Positions 59,847-64,000 of a stretch of 64,000 nt of DNA are shown here, one piece after another (the first letter of the stretch is position 1; each line of letters starts with the position of its first letter). The stretch covers positions 21,920-85,919 of the forward strand of contig JBDKRC010000323.1 in assembly GCA_039683575.1 (NCBI GenBank), in the 5' to 3' direction. Under the pieces are notes generated by a model. It saw only the letters and a program-made list of their open reading frames with translations, was not told the origin of the DNA and made no database searches. This stretch comes from Armatimonadia bacterium. Lineage in GTDB: Bacteria > Armatimonadota > Zipacnadia > Zipacnadales > UBA11051. A program made the translations under genes and the position numbers.

Positions 59847-60386
59847 TCAGGCCCACGGCACGGTTCGCGACCATCCCGCGCCTTTGGTGGGGACGTAGTG
59901 GGAGATGGCCTCGAGGAGCGCGCGGTACTCGGGGTTGGGGTAGACTTTGCCGCCTCTGCGGGGGCCGGCGTAGAGGACGCCCAGGCGCACGTGGCGGTTC
60001 TGCCAGCCCCTGGTGTGGATGACAATGCTGTAGGGCTGGCCGAGCACGTCGTGCTCCCAGTCCCACGTCACGAATTCCTTCCAGGGCAGCGTCCACAGCG
60101 TCAGGCCGTACTGCTGAACCGACAACCCTTCCGGAGCCACTGTGACGAAGCTGCGGGTGCCTTGCAGCAGCCACAGCCAGGCCAGCGTCAGGCCGCCCGC
60201 GAAGGCGGCGACATAGACCGACCAACTGAAGTGCAGCGCCCCGTGGTACATGACAAAGGCGTCCAGCCGCCCCCGGGCGCCCATGTAGAGCAGTTGCGCG
60301 AAGACGACCGCCCACAGCCCCAGTGTCGGGATGCCGACGTCCCGGAGCAGGCGCGGGTCAACCATTTGGAAGCGGTATGTGGTCAT
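59847..60386 (-). CDS. Hypothetical membrane protein
   Basis: Two hydrophobic segments followed by a soluble domain; ORF fills the gap. Confidence 0.6.
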   Translation of the reverse strand: MTTYRFQMVDPRLLRDVGIPTLGLWAVVFAQLLYMGARGRLDAFVMYHGALHFSWSVYVAAFAGGLTLAWLWLLQGTRSFVTVAPEGLSVQQYGLTLWTLPWKEFVTWDWEHDVLGQPYSIVIHTRGWQNRHVRLGVLYAGPRRGGKVYPNPEYRALLEAISHYVPTKGAGWSRTVPWA

Positions 60387-60502
60387 GGGCGGGAGTTGGT
60401 CGGAAACGGCGTGTATCGGTGCGGGTGATTGTCGGTGATAACGGCGGGCCGGCTGAAGCTCGGCCCCTCCAGGGCGAGACGCCCATCCTACGCGATCTAC
60501 TG

Positions 60503-61537
60503 TTATGCTTCGTGGGCGGCTTCGATGAAGGCGGCTACGTTTGCGGGCGGGATGTCGGGCAGGATTGCTTCATGGCTCGGTGAGATGATGAGCCCGGTCG
60601 GGAAGATGTCGCGTAGTTCGCGGACTTTGGCGCGAACCTCGTCGGGGGTGCCTCGCACGAGGAGGTACTGGGAGTCTACGCCGCCGCAGAAGGCCACCTG
60701 TTCCCCGAACTGCGCCTTGAGCGCCCGTGGCTCCATGCCCGCCGCGAGGGCCTGGATGGGGTGGATCACATCCGCGCCGGCAGCGATGAGGTCCGGGATG
60801 ATGGGGCAGATCGCCCCACAGGAGTGGTGGATGACCGCCAGCCCATGCGACTTGGCCTGCGCGATGAGCTGTCGCGTGCCCGGCATCACGAACTCGCGGA
60901 TGGCCTGCGGGGAGACCATCAGGCCCGTCTGGCTGCCGAAATCGTTGCCAATGAGAACGGCATGCAGCGACCCGGCTGTCGCGCGGTAGAAGATCTCGTT
61001 GGCCTGCAGGTAGAACTGTGTGATGCGGTCAATGACCGCGCGGAAGACCGCAGGCGTGTCATAGATCGCCATCAGGGCGTTCTCCATCCCGAAGGCCGCG
61101 CAGGCGTCCTGGAAGTGCGCCGACCAGATGACGCCCAGAACCGCCCGTCCCTCCGGGGTCCCCTCCACCGCCGCACGGCATTGGTCGGGGTCGATATAGA
61201 GCGAGGGGTCGGGCCAGTCGAAGTCCTCCACGCAGGACGGATCGGTCTGGTGGGCGAAGAACCCGTCAGTGGTTAGCGTGCGGTGCGACAGGTCCACGGG
61301 GCCCTGGCGGCTGAAGTCGAAGGCCGCGTAGATGGCATCGCTGGTGGGGGAATGGTAGGGCAGCTCCACCGGCGCGATGTCGTCATCGAGCTCGTCGATA
61401 AGCTGCCGCGGTGAGGCCACGCCGAAGTATGACAGGAGGTTCGGCCACGCCTCCGCGGTCGGCAGGCCGAGCCACGAGCAAGGCCGGTCAACAGGGCGGC
61501 GCTGGATGGTTGCGTAGAAGCGTTCGAGGTGGGTCAT
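60503..61537 (-). CDS. Uroporphyrinogen decarboxylase-like protein
   Basis: MTHLERF...PVDRP, GNDFGSQTGLMVSP, HHSCG, HPIQ, GGVDSQ. Confidence 0.85.
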   Translation of the reverse strand: MTHLERFYATIQRRPVDRPCSWLGLPTAEAWPNLLSYFGVASPRQLIDELDDDIAPVELPYHSPTSDAIYAAFDFSRQGPVDLSHRTLTTDGFFAHQTDPSCVEDFDWPDPSLYIDPDQCRAAVEGTPEGRAVLGVIWSAHFQDACAAFGMENALMAIYDTPAVFRAVIDRITQFYLQANEIFYRATAGSLHAVLIGNDFGSQTGLMVSPQAIREFVMPGTRQLIAQAKSHGLAVIHHSCGAICPIIPDLIAAGADVIHPIQALAAGMEPRALKAQFGEQVAFCGGVDSQYLLVRGTPDEVRAKVRELRDIFPTGLIISPSHEAILPDIPPANVAAFIEAAHEA

Positions 61538-61710
61538 GGTCGCACCCTCCGATGGGAATGAAAGCGACGGCCTACGCCCGCATGACCTTCCCGAAGCGGT
61601 GTGATGAATCCTCTTTCGGCGCGGTTCGTAGTGAGAGGGTGTGGGTGCGGGACGCACCCACCTACGCGAAGAGATTTCCTCCCCGCGAGGGCGGGAGAGA
61701 GGTGAGGCAC

Positions 61711-62973
61711 GTGAGCATTCCCCGGTTCGGCGACGGCAGAGATTGGTTCTTCGAAAACCGCTTCGGCCTGTTCGTACACTGGGGCCTGTATGCGCTGGGG
61801 GCCTGGCATGAGCAGGAGCAGTTCCGCGCCCGCGTCCCACGGCGGGAGTATGCGGCACAGATCGAGCGCTTCAACCCTGTACGCTACAACCCCGACGAGT
61901 GGCTCGACCTCGCCGAGGCCACCGGCATGCGCTACGTTACCTTCACCACCAAGCATGTGGACGGGTTCTGCATGTTCGACAGCGCCCACACGGACTACAA
62001 GGTGACCAACACGCCATACGGTAAGGACACCCTCGCGATGCTGGCCGAGGCGTGCCAGCGGCGAGGCATCCCGCTGTGCCTGTACTACTCCGTGGCCGAC
62101 ATGCACCACCCGAACTACCCCAATGCGGGCCGCAGCTACGAACTGCCCGAGCCGGACCCAGGCGATGAGCCTGACCTTGAGAAGTACCTCGCCTACGTCG
62201 AGGCCCAGGTTCGGGAGCTTTGCACCAACTACGGCACCATCCACGGCTTTTGGTGGGATGCGAACGTCATGGCCCACCAGGACCCCCGCTTCAGCGCCCT
62301 CATCCGCTCGCTGCAGCCCGCCGCGGTCATCAACGGTCGCGGTTTCGACGGTCTGTGGCCCGCCCAGGAGGCCGGGGACTTCAACACCCCCGAGCGTGAC
62401 TACAACACCAGCGCGGACCTGCCCGATGGCTACGACCGCCCTACCGAGGCCTGTCAGGCAGTCGGCATCGAGAGCTGGGGCTATCGCGAGTTTGAGGACT
62501 ACTATAGCGACGCCTACCTCATTCGCAGCATCGACCGCGTAATGGCGCGAGGCGGCAACTATCTTCTGAATGTGGGGCCGACGGCGGAGGGGGTATTCCC
62601 CGACGAGGCAGTCCGGATGCTGGGGGTAATCGGGGAGTGGTACGAGCGGGTCGAGGAGGCCTTCGCCGACACCGTCCCGGCCAATGCGCTCACGGTCAAC
62701 CCAGAGGTGTTGCTGACACGTCGCGGAGACATAGTCTACGTTCACGTACACCAGTCGCCGAAGGGTACAGCTGTGATCCTCGCGCCCCTGGACCAGCAAC
62801 CGCGCCGCGCGACGCTGCTCAACACCGGTGAGGCTGTCCGGACGCGCGTCGAGGTGCTGCCCGAGCGCTGGCAGCACCCGCCGTGCCTGCGGCTCTATGA
62901 TCTGCCGGTGAACGAGCACCCGGACACCGCGCTGGTCGTAAAGCTGGAGTTCGAGCCCGGCGTGCTGGGTTAG
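61711..62973 (+). CDS. Alpha-L-fucosidase (GH29)
   Basis: FGLFVHWGLY, TTKHVDGFCMF, WWD, GNYLLNVGP. Confidence 0.9.
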   Translation: MSIPRFGDGRDWFFENRFGLFVHWGLYALGAWHEQEQFRARVPRREYAAQIERFNPVRYNPDEWLDLAEATGMRYVTFTTKHVDGFCMFDSAHTDYKVTNTPYGKDTLAMLAEACQRRGIPLCLYYSVADMHHPNYPNAGRSYELPEPDPGDEPDLEKYLAYVEAQVRELCTNYGTIHGFWWDANVMAHQDPRFSALIRSLQPAAVINGRGFDGLWPAQEAGDFNTPERDYNTSADLPDGYDRPTEACQAVGIESWGYREFEDYYSDAYLIRSIDRVMARGGNYLLNVGPTAEGVFPDEAVRMLGVIGEWYERVEEAFADTVPANALTVNPEVLLTRRGDIVYVHVHQSPKGTAVILAPLDQQPRRATLLNTGEAVRTRVEVLPERWQHPPCLRLYDLPVNEHPDTALVVKLEFEPGVLG

Positions 62974-62986
62974 CTGCGGGTCTACC

Positions 62987-64000
62987 TCACACCCCCGGCT
63001 CCCTACCCGCCATGTGGTACTGCCCCCGCGGGTTACCGTGGTTGTCTACGCCATAGACCAGATTCTTGTACGTAGTCGGCCACCGCCGCCGGTTGCCCTC
63101 GTCTGCCGCAAACCGCGCCAGTGCCTCCGGCTCGCCCAGCAGCGCGATGACTTCCCGCAACTCCTCGGGCCAGACCGCGAAGTCGCTCTGGTACAGCGTC
63201 ATGCCCTGCGCCCCCTCCTCATACTGCCGCAGCGCCCGCTCGGCCAGCCGCACCGGGTTGATCTCCTCCGGCCCGGGCAAGGCCCCCGACACCCGCTGAA
63301 TGGCCAGCGCGTTCACTCCTCCGAGCACCTTGACCCCGTACTGCTTCCCCAGTTCCACATATGGCCGCAGGTCATGCTCCTGGAAATCCGCCAGCCAGTT
63401 GAGCGAACTGACTGATAGCTCCTGAACCAGCCCCTCCTGCATCCACGTTGCCACGTCCAGTCCCGCCATCAGGTCCACGTCGAGTCCGCTATCCGGCACT
63501 CGCCCCTGCACAGGGATGGCTCGCCCAGTCTCCCGCCGCAGCGGCTCCAGCGCCGCGTGGAGGTCGCGCAGCATCTGGGTTATGAAGCTCGCGCGATAGG
63601 TAATCCACTGCCGGAAGGCGTTGTCGCCTCCGCTGTAGGGCGGGGGCTCGTACCCCGCCGCAGTGTGGGCAGTGACAACGGCCGGCGGGGTACAAGCCCC
63701 CGCCCTACAGTCTGGCTCCCAGGGGTCAAGGTCCAGTGCCTCCAGACTCGTAGCCTGCCTGAAGCCCTCGACCAGTCGCGGATGGTAGCGTGCCATTGGG
63801 GGCTGGCGGCAGAAGTCCAGTTGCAGGCCTTCCACGCCAATCCGCGCCGCCTCCACGAGCAAATCTATGCGCTCCTGACGCACTTCATCAAGGGCGTAAC
63901 AGAGCCGCGACGGGTCGAGCCCGCCCTCCCTGGTCACCTCATGGAACTCCTCATGCTCCGCCGCCCACTTCGAGGTGAAGCACCCACCGTAGGCCTCTTT
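62987..64000 (-). CDS. Glycoside-hydrolase-like (GHL10-type) protein, truncated by window edge, carrying an in-frame REPIN insert
   Basis: LCYALDEVR...GVEGLQLDFCRQP, GLDVATWMQEGLV. Confidence 0.6.
   Translation of the reverse strand, partial: KEAYGGCFTSKWAAEHEEFHEVTREGGLDPSRLCYALDEVRQERIDLLVEAARIGVEGLQLDFCRQPPMARYHPRLVEGFRQATSLEALDLDPWEPDCRAGACTPPAVVTAHTAAGYEPPPYSGGDNAFRQWITYRASFITQMLRDLHAALEPLRRETGRAIPVQGRVPDSGLDVDLMAGLDVATWMQEGLVQELSVSSLNWLADFQEHDLRPYVELGKQYGVKVLGGVNALAIQRVSGALPGPEEINPVRLAERALRQYEEGAQGMTLYQSDFAVWPEELREVIALLGEPEALARFAADEGNRRRWPTTYKNLVYGVDNHGNPRGQYHMAGREPGV
63633..63710. repeat. REPIN-like element family A, intragenic
   Basis: Same arms as the copies at 23801 and 35079; 78 nt long. 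Confidence 0.9.

Noticed and set aside
23801-63710. Repeats as a CRISPR array
   Set aside because: They are dispersed inverted pairs, not regularly spaced direct repeats, and no cas genes are present

Overview
A 64-kb GC-rich bacterial chromosomal window with about 53 protein-coding genes. I saw no rRNA, tRNA, CRISPR array or transposase. Three prepilin-type '[33 protein letters not shown]...H-X9-DG' genes suggest Armatimonadota (inference). Content from left to right: (i) a large FG-GAP propeller protein, a hybrid histidine kinase, and a 176-aa HNH nuclease with a PLMP-like N-terminus (IshB-like) behind a ~260-nt structured leader carrying a uORF and a terminator; (ii) a stress-protein cluster (DUF892, DUF2383, DUF1328) followed by an uncharacterised glycan cluster (epimerase, GH-epimerase fusion, dehydrogenase, GT4, three CgeB-type transferases); (iii) many carbohydrate-use genes (sugar-binding lipoprotein, GH2, GH29, esterases, two Gfo/Idh/MocA, three URO-D-like proteins); (iv) housekeeping genes (purQ, a dtxR-feoA-feoA fusion with feoB, thiolase, larE-nadB, a phoB/phoR-like pair). 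Intergenic DNA holds at least six families of small palindromic or dispersed repeats. One complete REPIN-like element sits in frame inside a glycoside-hydrolase-like gene. The strongest leads are the IshB-like nuclease with its leader RNA/attenuator, the in-frame REPIN, a candidate stand-alone sRNA near 42.7 kb, and two unexplained hairpin-rich intergenic regions. All product calls come from reading motifs by eye; no searches were run.
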